From the human T2T-CHM13v2.0 reference genome, Homo sapiens: 64,000 nucleotides of DNA. The notes under the pieces were generated by a model. That model saw nothing but the letters and a program-made list of their open reading frames with translations. It made no database searches and was not told where the DNA came from. The stretch lies in NCBI RefSeq assembly GCF_009914755.1, contig NC_060937.1. One strand, written 5' to 3'. A program made the position numbers and the translations under genes. Below, one piece after another: positions 1-16,528 of this stretch. Position 1 is the stretch's first letter; each line of letters starts with the position of its first letter.

Positions 1-2310
1 AGATGAATCAGGCACATTTAAACTACCAGGATCATCTTTGGCATCATGTCTAGTGGATTCCATTTCTGAAGGCATTGACCCATCCATTTTATCCAAAGAA
101 GGCATATTAAAACTTCTGAGTTCTGATGGTCCAGGCAGTCTATCAGAATTAGAATAAAATCTGTCTTCCCTTTGTGGAGGAAGAGCTGAATCAGGATATG
201 ATTGTCCTGGTGGAGGAAACATCATCCTATGGTCCTGTTCCCATGGAGATGACAGGGACCCAGTGTCAGAAGGAGCTCTGTGAGGATCAGTTAACCTATC
301 ACAGCTTGGTTCTCCTCTTTCATTGGTAATCTGATGGTCCAGAGGATTCTCTCGGCCGCTTGGGCTTCTTCCTCCTCCCGCTGGAAGCACAGGTGAGAGT
401 CTGAGTGGATCCTCCAACAAAGTTTGAGGAGAGAGAAGTCCTCGTTTCAGATGAAGGCCGACCCAATGGTGAGGGACCATATGGGGAATGCTCTCTGCCA
501 GATGCTGTATTTGAAACATCAAGTGCATTAGGATCTTTTTCTAAAACTTCAAATTTAAACTCTGTTTCAGTTAATTTTTGTTTGTTGTGAGCATTTTCTT
601 TCCTTAAATCATTGAGGTTTCTTTCAGCAGTCCGAGCTGCCAACCAATTATCATGTCCTTTTTTCTCGTAGGAAATAACCTGCTTTTGATAAAAATGAAC
701 AGTTCTCTCCAATTCTTCTTCAAGATCTTTGGCTAGCTTTCTATAGGTCTCCAGCTCTTCAGTGGCATGGCTGATCTTTTCTTCCACTTTAGAAAGCTTC
801 TCTTCTTCCTCTATCCGGTAATTTTCCTCTATTGTCAATTTCCTGTGGAGTGTCATTTCATTTTCTTGATATAATTCAGTCATTATTTTAAGTTTCTATT
901 GAAGCTTCTGATTCTCACTTTCAAAATATATGTTTTCTGACTGCAAAGATGCTTGTTGAGTCTGAAGATTTTTAATATGCTCTGTAAGCTCTTCCTTTGT
1001 TTTGTCCACTTCAGATAACTGAATAATAATGTGGTTTCTTTCTCCTTCTAAGGTTTTTAAAGAAACATTTAACTTAGCAGCATGAATCAGTTTCTTCAAA
1101 GCTACTTTTGGAGGATCATCTAAATAAGCACCATTTTCCGATTGACTGTTCACTTCTAATTCCAAGTTATCATCATCCGTTGTGTCTTCTTCAAGCACAG
1201 CAGCCTGATCGTTCATCATTGGCAAGTGTCCAGTCAGGGTCTTGATGTGATTTTATCATTTAGAACTTGTTCTGCATGTACTTTGGAGTCTTCAAATGTT
1301 ATTTTCTGTTTATTAAGTTCACTCACTTGTTCTTTCCATACTTCAGCTTCTTGCAAAAGCTGTTTCTGGCTTTCGTGCAGTTGAGAATTTTTATTCAAAG
1401 CATCTTTTATTGCTATTGCCCATCATTCTTCAGTCGCTTGAAAAATCTTGCAGATGATTTTGGCTTCAGCTATTTGTGATTTGAGGGATTTTGACTCATC
1501 TTCTAGAGATTGTATCCTTTTAGAAATATCCGCCATCAATTCATCTTGTTGAGAATGTTTAGATTTCTCTTAACTCTTTTTCTAGACAGAGGGTTTCATC
1601 CTCAAGTTCAGAATTGGACCTGTTCAGCTTTTCACAGGTTGCCTCCAAACTTCGTGCTTCTGCTACCGCCTTCTCAAAGCTGGCATCCTCTAAAGATGAC
1701 TCTACTTCATAGCCTTCATACTCTTTTTGAATAAGGCTAAATTTTTCAAGTAGTTTACATTTTTCTTCAATTAGTCCAGAAAGCGTTTCACCAAGTTTTT
1801 TCTCTCTTCCCACATAAAGCCGACTCCTAACCGATCTAAAACTTCTCCACAAAAAAAGGAGAACAACAAAAAATCCAACAACAGCTGCACATACCACCAG
1901 TTCCCATGGAAAACCATAAGGATTCGAATCTGCTGTCATACTCTCAGGTAGTGCTGCCACAACTCTGCGTAGCTCCTCCAGGACCAGCCCCAGGTAGGGC
2001 TGAGGGGTAGCACCGGGCTCCTCCATAGCGCGAAGGCTGCTCTGGCGGTCACCGCAGTAACACTGGCCACAACAAGCGGTGGAGAACACGCAGCCTTGGG
2101 TCTGGAACCCGAATCCGCACGCGGCAACCAACCGGAGCGGACCACTGCGGAGCCGGCTGCGGGGGGAGCTGGGGAACGCGGGCACCCACAGGCTTCACAG
2201 GCCCATACTGCATCCCCAACCCTCCCTGGCCCCCTTGTTACACTTTACATCCTGAGGCAGCGCTGGTCCCAGCCCGACCCGCTTCAGTTCTGGCAGTTTT
2301 CACATCACAT
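1..2310 (-). pseudogene. CTAGE11P: Processed (intronless) pseudogene of cTAGE5/MIA2, 3' part runs off the window
   Basis: ORF fragments 1559-2185, 896-1225 and 320-883 give cTAGE5-like sequence ([30 protein letters not shown] segment [20 protein letters not shown], coiled coils, start of the proline-rich region) with no introns. ATG at 2026-2024. Frameshifts near 1570, 1255 and 425 and a nonsense TAG at 898-896. GC/CpG-rich 5' UTR extends to ~2310. The symbol rests on recalled adjacency to TBC1D4. Confidence 0.88.
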
Positions 2311-2319
2311 ATTTTGAAG

Positions 2320-2820
2320 CACTTTTTGGTGAATACACTTTTGAAATTGCTGTCTTCTTCATGGATTAAACCTTTGATCATTATATAATCTCTCTGTTTC
2401 TGGTAATTTTCTTTGCTTTATCTGATATACATACAGGCACTGTTGCTTTCCTTTCATTAATGTTTGTGTAATGTATCTTTTTTCATCCTTTTAATTTGGC
2501 CTCCCCTGTATTGGTAAATTTCAAGTTTCTTGTACACAGCATACAAGAAACATATAAGAAAGGGTCATACTTTTAAATACACTCTTCTATTATCTGTCCC
2601 TTGGTAGACCATTCATAATTAAACTAATTGTTGATACTTTAGTGCATAAGCCTGACATTTTTTGTTTTCTGTATCAATTCTTGTTTCTCTGCTTATTTTT
2701 CATGACTTCCTGTGGGTCACTTGAACATTTGTTTTAGAATTCCATGTTGTTATTCATAGTGTTTATAGTGTATCTTCTTTTTAACAGTTTTTTTGGTTGC
2801 ATTTTATAGCTTAGTGGTTG
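2320..2820 (-). mobile_element. Old, diverged L1 (L1M-type) fragment, ORF2 start/inter-ORF region
   Basis: Degenerate similarity to antisense L1 endonuclease-region sequence (atggattaaacctttgatcattatataat...tttcttgtacacagcata). Confidence 0.5.
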
Positions 2821-2822
2821 CA

Positions 2823-2865
<43 letters not shown>

Positions 2866-3064
2866 CTTTAAGTTTTAGGGTACATGTGCACAACGTGCAG
2901 GTTTGTTACATATGTATACACGTGCCATGTTGGTGTGCTACACCCATTAACTCGTCATTTAGCATTAGGTATATCTCCTAATGTTATTCCTCCCCCCTCC
3001 CCCCATGCCACAACAGTCCCCGGTGTGTGATGTTCCCCTTCCTGTGTCCATGTATTCTCATTGT

Positions 3065-6903
<3,839 letters not shown>

Positions 6904-6951
6904 TTATTTTGCTCATTAGTTGATGCAGTTTCTTCCTAGCCTCGATGGTCT

Positions 6952-7979
6952 TTACAATTTGGCATGTTTTTGCAGTGGCTGGTACTGGTTGTTCCTTTCC
7001 ATGTTTAGTGCTTCCTTCAGGAGCTCTTTTAGGGCAGGCCTGGTGGTGATAAAATCTCTCAGCATTTGCTTGTCTGTAAAGTATTTTATTTCTCCTTCAC
7101 TTATGAAGCTTAGTTTGGCTGGATATGAAATTCTGGGTTGAAAATTCTTTTCTTTAAGAATGTTGAATATTGGCCCCCCACTCTCTTCTGGCTTGTAGAG
7201 TTTCTGCCAGGAGATCCGCTGTTAGTCTGATGGGATTCCCTTTGTGGGTAACCCGACCTTTCTCTCTGGCTGCTCTTAACATTTTTCCCTTCATTTCAAC
7301 TTTGGTGAATCTGACAATTATGTGTCTTGGAGTTGCTCTTCTCGAGAAGTATCTTTGTGGTGTTCTCTGTATTTCCTGAATTTGAATGTTGGCCTGCCTT
7401 GCTAGATTGAGGAATTTCTCCTGGATAATATCCTGCAGAGTGTTTTCCAACTTGGTTCCACTCTCTCCGTCATTTTCAGGTACACCAATTATACTTAGAT
7501 TTGGTCTTCTCACATAGACCCATATTTCTTGGAGGCTTTTTCATTTCTTTTTATTCTTTTTTCTCTAAACTTCTCTTCACGCTTCATTTCATTCATATTT
7601 CATTCATTTCATCTTCCATCGCTGATACCCTTTCTTCCAGTTGATCGCATCAGTTACTGAGGCTTGTGCATTTGTCACATAGTTCTCGTGCCATGGTTTT
7701 CAGCTCCATCAGGTCCTTTAAGGACTTCTCTGCATTGGTTGTTCTAGTTATCCATTCATCTAATTTTTTTCCAAAGTTTTTAACTTCTTTGCCATTGGTT
7801 CGAACTTCCTCCTTTAGCTCGGAGTAGTTTGATCTTCTGAAGGCTTCCTCTCTCAACTCGTCAAAGTCATTCTCTGTCCAGCTTTGTTCTGTTGCTGGTG
7901 AAGAGCTGCGTTCCTTTGGAGGAGGAGAGGTGCTCTGATTTTTAGAGTTTCCGGTTTTTCTGCTCTGTTTTTTCCCCAT
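6952..7979 (-). pseudogene. L1 ORF1, disrupted
   Basis: MGKKQSRKTGNSKNQS start, premature stop at ~7650, a short internal duplication near 7585-7610 and a further frameshift near 7170. Confidence 0.92.
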
Positions 7980-9009
7980 CTTTGTGGTTTTATCTACCTT
8001 TGGTCTTTGATGATGGTGACGTACAGATTGGTTTTTGGTGTGGATGTCCTTTCTGTTAGTTAGTTTTCCTGCTAACAGTCAGGACCCTCAGCTGCAGGTC
8101 TGTTGGAGTTTCCTGGAGGTCCACTCCAGACCCTATTTGCCTGGGTATCAGCAGCAGTGGCTGCAGAACAGCAGATATTGGTGAACTGCAAATCCTGCTG
8201 CCTGATCGTTCCTTTGGAAGTTTTGTCTCAGAGGAGTACCTGGCCATGTGACGTGTCAGTCTGCCCCTACTGGGGGGTGCCTCCCAGTTAGGCTACTCGG
8301 GAGTCAGGGACCCACTTGAGCAGACAGTCTGACCATTCTCAGATCTCAAGCTGCGTGCTGGGGGAACCACTACTTTCTTCAAAGCTGTCAGACAGGGACA
8401 TTTAAGTCTGCAGAGGTTATTGCTGTCTTTTGTTTGTCTGTGCCCTGCCCCCAGAGGTGGAGCTTACAGAGGCAGGCAGGCCTCCTTGAGCTGTGGTGGG
8501 CTCCACCCAGTTTGAGCTTCCCGAGCGCTTTGTTTACCTACTCAAGCCTGAGCAATGGTGGGCGCCCCTCCCCCAGCCTCGCTGCAGCCTTGCAGTTCAA
8601 TCTCAGACTGCTGTGCTAGCAATGAGTGAGGCTCCGTGGGCATAGGACCCTCCGAGCCATGCGCGGGATATAATCTCCTGGTGTGCCGTTTGTTAAGCCT
8701 TTTGGAAAAGTGCAGTATTAGGGTGGGAGTGACCCAATTTTCCAGGTGCCATCTGTCACCCATTTCTTCTTTGACTAGGACAGGGAATTCCCTGACCCCT
8801 TGCACTTCCCGGGTGAGGCGATGCCTCGTCCTGCCTCGGCTCACACACGGTGCGCTGCACCCACTGTCCTGTACCCACTGTCTGGCACTCCCCAGTGAGA
8901 TGAACCCGGTACCTCAGTTGGAAATGCAGAAATCACCTGTCTTCTGCGTCAATCACGCTGTGAGCTGTAGACTGGAGCTGTTCCTATTTGGCCATCTTGG
9001 CTCCACCCC
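7980..9009 (-). promoter_or_regulatory. L1 5' UTR internal sense promoter and antisense promoter region, intact YY1 site
   Basis: YY1 motif CAAGATGGCC (ggccatcttg on +) at 8990-8999 and residual CpGs. ORF0 ATG on + at 8555. Confidence 0.8.
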
Positions 9010-9404
9010 AGAATAGATATTTTTTAATCTTGTATATCTGTCAAAACATTTTCAACAGGATAAGAAAAAAAATGGTTTCTGTCATGATAAATAATGCTTC
9101 AGCTTGGTGAGGTTAAAAATCCAAATTTACTGAAATTTTAAAATAAGAGACTGACATTTCCCTCATTTCTTTCTACCACTGTATAATAGATATTTAAAAT
9201 ATTTCTGCTTAGTTTTCTGAAGCAGGCTCTATGACAAGTGTTGCAGATACAGTTGTTAAAATCACTCATTAAATATGTGCAAACTATTAATCATTGTCAG
9301 TTAATAGAATCATTAAAACAAATAGAAGGCAATAGATTAAAGACCTTGTGTTCTTTGTGAATGCTGTTTGTTTGGGTTGTGGAAGCATTTTACAAAACTT
9401 TATT

Positions 9405-10063
9405 GTACTGTTAATTTCCATTAAAATAATTACTTGGGAGGCCATTAGCTGAGGTAGCTCCAGTGTAAACAGTCATATTCTTAAAAAAAATGAAATTTGA
9501 CCAGGCACGGTGGCTCACGCCTGTAATCCCAGGACTTTGGGAGGCTGAGGCGGGTGGATCACAAGCTCAGGAGATCGAGACCATCCTGGCTAACAAGGGG
9601 AAACCCCGTCTCTACTAAAAATACAAAAAAATTAGCCAGGAGTGGTGGCAGGTGCCTGTAGTCCCAGCTACTCGGGAGGCTGAGGCAGGAGAATGGCATG
9701 AACCTGGGGGGCAGAGCTTTCAGTGAGCCGAGATTGCACCACTGCACTCCAGCCTGGGAGAGAGAGCAAGGCTCGTCTCAAAAAAAATAAATCAACAAAA
9801 TGAAATTTAAGTGTAACCAACCAGAAACTGCCAACTAATTTCCAACTAGGACTGTCCACTGGCATGTTCCAAATGAGGCTACTGCTATACTTTAACCAAT
9901 CAAATAATTTATTTGCTTTGCGTCCATGATTACCCTATAGCAGCTTTCCCTCAAATACCTCAGTCCCTGGATCCCTTCTGGTTTAAAGCTGTCTGCTGCA
10001 TGATTTGCTGTTTGCTCATATAAACTCTTTAATATTTTAATATGCCTCAATTTACTTGTTAAT
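9405..10063 (+). mobile_element. Probable ERV1-class solo LTR (MER34/MER39-like), split by an AluY
   Basis: gaggccattagctgaggtagctcc, CCAAT, tataaactctttaatattttaatatgcctc terminus-like sequence. Family and boundaries uncertain. Confidence 0.4.
9499..9796 (+). mobile_element. AluY
   Basis: Diagnostic gagatcgagaccatcctggctaac and aatggcatgaacc. TSD aaaatgaaattt at 9487-9498 and 9797-9808. Confidence 0.9.
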
Positions 10064-10733
10064 ACTCCTATTCAAGATTTTCTTGAAACAAAGGGAATAT
10101 TTGCCAAATATTCAAAAATCAAAGACAAAAGGGGCAATATGATTTATGATTTCTCACAGATCTCACACTGCATGTGAATGAGCTAAATGTGAACTATTGA
10201 GAAAAGGGAAAGCTTATTTGTGACTTAGACAGACAAGTACAAACATTTATATTGAAATCTAAATTTTTCATAATACATGTAAATAATTATTTTACTCATT
10301 TTTCTAGCATGAATCAATATACACAAGATTTTAACAGCAATTTATAATGTTATATAAACTGGCTGTAAGACCACAAGAAAAATATTGATTAATTTAAAGT
10401 TGTTTTTCAATTTATGTATACCCCCTTTGAATTCAATGTTAACACTATATTGACACCAGAGTTAGTAAATTTACTTAACTTACACAGGTATAGTTTTGAA
10501 ATTCATACTTGGCTTCAAAGTCAAATTAATTCTTCTCAAAACATGAACTGGTTTTATCAATGTGAATGTGAATATAAGAGGAAAATTATGTTTTGATACT
10601 CAATTTAGTTATTGGAATATTTTAAGTATGTTTGGAAAATCTTGGATGTGTGGCTCTACTTTTCAACCAGAAATGTTATGAAATCTGGATACAGATCAAG
10701 TACTGACAATAAATATTCTGCATTTAGCATTCA

Positions 10734-11255
10734 CATTGAGATGAGTATAAATATATGCCAGATTTCAGACTTAGTAAGAAATAGAGAATGTAAAATAACT
10801 CATTAATACTTTTTATGTTGATTACATGGTGAAATGATGTTATTTTGGCTATACTGGATTAACTAAGATACATATATATATATATATAAATGGAGTCTCG
10901 CTCTGTTGCCCAGGCTAGAATGTAGTGGCTCCATCTCGGCACACCGCAACCTCTGCCTCTAGGTTCAAGCGATTCTCCTGCCTCAGCCTCCCTAGTAGCT
11001 GGGATTACAGGCATACACCACCACACCTGGCTAATTTTTTTGTACTTTTAGTAGAAACGGGGTTTCACTGTGTTGGCCAGGCTGGTCTTGAACTCCTGAC
11101 CTCAGGTGATCCACCCACCTCAGCCCCCTAAAGTGCTGGGATTACAGACGTGAGCCACCACGCCTGGCCTAAAATATATTATTAAAATTGACTTTACATG
11201 TTCCTTTTTACTCTTGTTAATACGACTACTAGAACATTTAAAATCACATTAGTTG
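10734..11255. mobile_element. MER33 (hAT-Charlie) interrupted by an AluS
   Basis: gacttagtaagaaatagagaatgtaaaataactcattaat...tgattacatggtgaaatgat and, after the Alu, aaaatatattattaaaattgac...ctactagaacatttaaaatcac. Confidence 0.7.
10870..11169 (-). mobile_element. AluS (Sx/Sz-like) with tail converted to (TA)n
   Basis: Full dimer consensus match, cctgacctcaggtgatcc. Confidence 0.9.
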
Positions 11256-13237
11256 GCCCGAGATATGGGTGGCAGTGAGTGAGCTTGTGCATTGGAAGCT
11301 AGGAGCAGCCAGAAGATTGCTCTGTATCCAACCAGATGTGAAATGTTTAAATAAGAACACCTCCAAGCATGAGATGTATCTGAAGTGTCTTTTTTTTTTA
11401 ATCCAATAGACATTCACTTTCAGTTGAGACCTTAAGTGGGAAGGGGTGCTTCCCACCCAGAAAGATCAAACTCATCTGCTGGCATTAAACTTAATAGATT
11501 TGGCAGAGAGGATGCAGGTGAAAAAGAACACAGATACTAGGCATTCAGATTAAAGAGAGACAAAAAGCATATCCCCAATATTTTATAGTAAAGCAGGTGG
11601 CCTGTCTTTTACAAGGCATTCTATAAAGAAGTTAATGCACTTAAACAAGACTTAGTATCTAGATATTTGTATACCTTGAACAAGTACATGAAGAAAGTCC
11701 AACTTTCCACATGTTGTACACACAAACCCTGAAGCAGCCAGTCTAGTATAGATTGTGATGAATCTATAGAACAGGATCTACAAAGTCAGAAACAAAAGGA
11801 GAATGGCCCAGGCCAGAAGCCTGGCAATTCTACTAGGTATACTAGCTAAGTATTGCCAGCACTCATTGAGTGAGAAAGAATTGGAAGTTAATATTCAAAC
11901 TCACTGCATATTTTATGTAGTTATTATCTGTAAAGTAAAAAAAAAAATAGAGAGATCTCATCCAATAATATGAGTTAATGGATTCATGACTTAACATTTT
12001 AACTTTTTTTATAAAAGTCTAATTTAAACAACCTATCTAGGGACATTTTCAGAAAGATACAGGGACTGAGTTGAGTCTCTCCACTAAGAAAATATGCTAG
12101 TGCCACAATAGGAGAAAAACAAAGGAACAGTCCCTCTTCAATAATTCTGTTTGATTCCTGTTTCTGTCTAGATGTGTTACAACTTGTCCACATACCTTCA
12201 CAAATCAGAAAAGAACTAAATAGGATTATATCAACATTTGCACTCTATGTACCTATTCTGAAGAATAACACAGGAAAGAGATTACTTGGAAGGTATATTT
12301 AAATACTTAATTTCCTCAATCGAGTTACAAGAGAAATGGACTGAGAATTAGGTCTCTGGGCTTGAGTCTATCAGTGATGGGGATTACTTCACTTTTCTGG
12401 AATTTCTTTTCTCATTTTCTTAAACATATGACTATGAAATGTATGGCTGTCCGCCAGAGAATCCTATCAGACAGAATCCCCGAGATATTTCCATATATAT
12501 ATATATTCTTACCTCTGGGAGATTCTTACCTGCCATAATTGGGAGAAGATGGGGTTGATCAAGAAGAGGAGGTCTGTCATGTGGCTTTTGACACCGCGCC
12601 CCTCGTCCATCCCATCCTCCACCACAGTTCCCAGCCAGTTTAGAACCGCTGGACTAGATAAATCACCAGGGTTCTTTCCAACTAAAACAATCTCTGATTC
12701 TATGACTCATTGAATCATGAAATAATCTAATAGATGTGACCTAATACAAGGGATCTCTTGCCCCTGAATTCCATGACATTTGACCACAAATAGCCTATAG
12801 AGGATAATGAAGTTTCTGTGGCTGAGCACTCCCACCTCCCTGCAAAGAAACCTTTGCACCCTCCCTTTAACTTACTCAAAGCAGTTTCAAATAGGAACCA
12901 GAATCAAATTAGAAAAGTAACCTAGCAGACAGAAATGTGCCACGCATTTGCAGAATAGGAATATAGAAAGTAGGAAAAGCTGTTTTTACTATGAAATTTG
13001 TAAAAGCAACTCACTTCCATTCTGGAATCTTCTTCCTAATGAAATCATTTTTCTCATCCGCCCAGCTGTGCAGGAAGTGTGAGTTATCACAGTTCCCACT
13101 GTTGTAACTCCAGTCCCACGAAGTCAGAGGAGTAAATGAGCTGCTCCCTCACCATTTTGAACTGATATAGGGGATTTCATATTTTAGTCAATCAAGAGCA
13201 TATTCCGCATATGTTGTCTTTCTCAAATGTTTGGATA

Positions 13238-13654
13238 TCTTTTTTTTCTTTTTTTTTTCTTTTTTTTTGAGGCAGGGTCTCACTATGTCACACAGGCTAG
13301 AGTGTAGTGGTGCAATCTCAGCTCAATGCAGCCTCAGCCTCCTGGGCTCAAGTAATCCTCCCACCTCAGCCTCCTGAATAGCTGGGACTACACATACAAC
13401 CATACCCAGCTAATTCTGTTTTTATTTTTTTGTAGAGACAAGATCTTTCTATGTTGCCCAGACTGGTCTGAAACTCCTGGACTCAAAACATATGAATATC
13501 CAGCCCTGGAAGCTAAAAACAAGCTTTGTGCCCAAAAAAAGTTTATATTTTTGATTTTTCTACAACTAAATGGAACAGGGTTTAACTGAGAACAGTTTTC
13601 AAACACAAGTCTTAGAGAAGATAAGGATTACAGGCGTGAGCCACCGTGCTCTGC
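13238..13654 (-). mobile_element. AluJ interrupted by 138 bp of non-Alu DNA
   Basis: AluJ-type gggctcaagtaatcctcccacc. Alu homology stops at 13486 and resumes at 13625 (ggattacaggcgtgagccacc). Confidence 0.85.
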
Positions 13655-15596
13655 TGGACATCATTTAGCATATATGACAAGGTAACTGACGAAGGACAAT
13701 TCAACCAAAAAATGATTAAAAGCGTTCCTCTAGTCTACTTTGCATTGAAAGAGCAAAGTGTTGCTCTAGGATTATTCTGTTTTGATTATATGTTTTGAGA
13801 TTAAAGCAACATTAAAATCATATTTATAAATGTTAACATATATGAAGGAGATTGCCTGAGAGATTTTGCCAGCCTTCCTGAAAAAACGCCAATGGATGAG
13901 CTATCCATCTTAGAAAATTTTAGGTTAACATAAAATGGTATGTAAGCACAAATGGAGGCAACACTTTGGTTCTATTTCTACAATAAAAGTTTTAGAATTA
14001 CTTTTCTATTTTTATATGCTTTATAAAAAATAAATTACACAATAGAGGGTAAAATAGAATTTAAACTTATATGTATGCAAAGCACCATAAACAAAACTAA
14101 GTAAAAAACCCAGAGCAAATGTCTTTAGATTGTATGCATCATCTGTTACTAGCACTCTCGTTTTACAAAGTAAGCAAACAGGGCAGGTAAATAGACATTT
14201 TTATAAACTCATTTATAATTGGCTTGAAGTAACAGAGGATGAAACCTATAGACAATGTCATGTTTTATTTTCAAAGATAAATTCCAGCTCTCTCATGTGC
14301 AGCTGATATTTTTTACTCTAAAGCTATGAACTTATTTACTTTATATTTCTTTATTTTACTAACTCTTAGCATTTTATTTTTCAAATAGCATGTATCTATT
14401 GAGAAAAATAAGAGAAAAATAAAGTTATATTTTACAATATTATTGCCCAGAAATGGTTGGTTACTATTAACACTTTCTGTTGACTTGATAAAGAGAAAGT
14501 GCATGTGAAGAAGAAATTTTAAAATGAACATTGAATCCAAGAACTCTTGAATCTATGGATGGACATAACAAGGCACCTTGGAGCAGACTTTATTTTGTTC
14601 AGGCAAGAGTCGCTTAACTGGCTCCTCTTAGTTACACAAAAGTAAGACTAGCAGGCACTATTACCTGGGGAAAAGATAGAACCTGATGAACCCTGACAAA
14701 GTCTCCCTATATTTCTTGATAAGCAGAGGTAGCATTTGTGGAGAAGGTGGACAAATTTGCATAAGAGTCTAGAAGCCTCCTGAGGAAAAAAAAAAAAAAA
14801 GGTGAGTCTGATCTTTTCCCTTTTTGAAGTTCAACATTATTAGAATATTTGGGATGGTCTTGACAGTAGCCTGATGGTAGGAAAGGACACCAAGTACCCA
14901 AAGTAGAGTCCCTCAGAAGGGTGGAAATCTGGGGTACTTTATTCTTTCAAAGTAAAGATCTGAAGTCTGGGAAAAGGGATTGGCCCAGCACAGAGTGTGG
15001 CTGAGTCTAGAAGATCCTCAAGACTTAACCTGTTTTGTGAATCCAATTAGACAAACACAAAAGAGGTAACCTGGGGATTCTGAGCATGGAGTTTGGAGCC
15101 ACTTTGTGATCTGCAGAGATCTGAAGCAGCCAAGAGTGTGCTGTCTCTCGGTAGCAGGGGACAGGGATGCATGAGATGGTGCAACTAGAACGGTGCGTGG
15201 CCCACAGAAGGAACTCAATAAAGATTCAAGGGAAGACAGCAGGCAAGAGAACATAAGGATTCAATCAATCAAAGCAAGAACTGCTAAAAACAGGACCCAC
15301 CCTTGAACTGATCAGATTGCGTACTAGCCCTTCCACATTGAATAAGTCCCTGGGGTTCTTGAGCAATTCAGGGTGGAATAGTACACAAGAAAGGTACGGG
15401 ACCCTCTTCTAAAACAGAACTCTGGGATCCCAAAGATTTGAGAAATAAGAGAGATGTGAATGTATTTGTAAGCCAAGTTAGTAAAGTAACATGTTTGAAT
15501 ATATATGCATTTTAAAACAGAACATCATATGAAACATAGGTTCTTATACATTGCTGATTTTCACTTAGGTTTATTATTATACATTGGCTCAAATAC

Positions 15597-15800
15597 TTGT
15601 TCATTCATTTGATAAACACTTACTAAACACCTATTATTTACCAGCACAATGGGTACTAAACAGAGTAATGCACTACTTAGCCCTCAAGGGTTTCATAGTT
15701 TAATAGGGGAGAACAATAAATTACAACCCAACTTGGTAAGTGCTATCATTGAGAAATGAACAAAGCATTGTGGAAGCCAGATTAATACTACATAGAAGAG
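15597..15800 (-). mobile_element. L2 3' fragment
   Basis: attcattcatttgataaacacttactaaacacctatt...gccctcaagggtttcatagtttaataggggaga. Confidence 0.55.
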
Positions 15801-16390
15801 GCTTTAGTGCCTATTCATCTGACCACTCTTCACTTCATACTTCTTTTCTGCTTTGACCATAAGCAGGGAAACAACAGGAGAGAAGACCAAGTAGCATGCT
15901 CGCCAATGTCAAATGGTCAAGTCAAATAAACACTTACAACATCACTGAATTTGTTGCTTAGGAACTCATTGGAAAATCATTCAAGAAACACTTTTAAAAA
16001 AAATACTGCAATCTCATTGAGTTAGGACTCAAAGTGAAGGTGCCTTTTGGTAGAATTTCATAAGGAAATTTTGCTAATCTTTTAAAGTATTCTACAACCA
16101 GTAGTTGTTATTCCAACTCTGGGTCTTTGTCACCTTTACTCTAAATTCAGAGCACAGATAACAACCTACTCTTTACTTTTGAAAACACCTTTTCTCCTCA
16201 GAATAAAGGAAAAACTGTCCTTGCCCCATGAAAGGACATTTTTCCCCAGGTGTGAAGGTGGCTGGACAACGTGTTCAACCTAGGTTTCCCTCCTCCCTAG
16301 TTTAAAGATTTTTGCATAGGGAAGAAAGGGCTCTATTTGTGCAGGCAAGGGGTTAGAAAAGCTCATCCTTGAAAAAGGCGAAAGGAATAC

Positions 16391-16528
16391 GTTTTTTGTT
16401 TTTTCTGTTTTTGAGACGGGATCTTACTATGTTGCCCAGGCTGGATTCAAACTTGTGGGTTCAAGCAATCCTCCCACCTCAGTCTCCCAAGTAGCTAGAA
16501 TTACAGGCACATGCCACCACGACCAGCT
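16391..16528 (-). mobile_element. Free Alu monomer (FLAM-like)
   Basis: Single ~130 bp monomer with poly(T). Confidence 0.75.

Noticed and set aside
2793-2981. Poly-tyrosine ORF
   Set aside because: Translation of the (TTA)n L1 tail.
14420-15520. Possible ancient LTR or L1 5' fragment (similarly 36075-36470)
   Set aside because: Looks repeat-like but I could not identify termini or family from the sequence alone.
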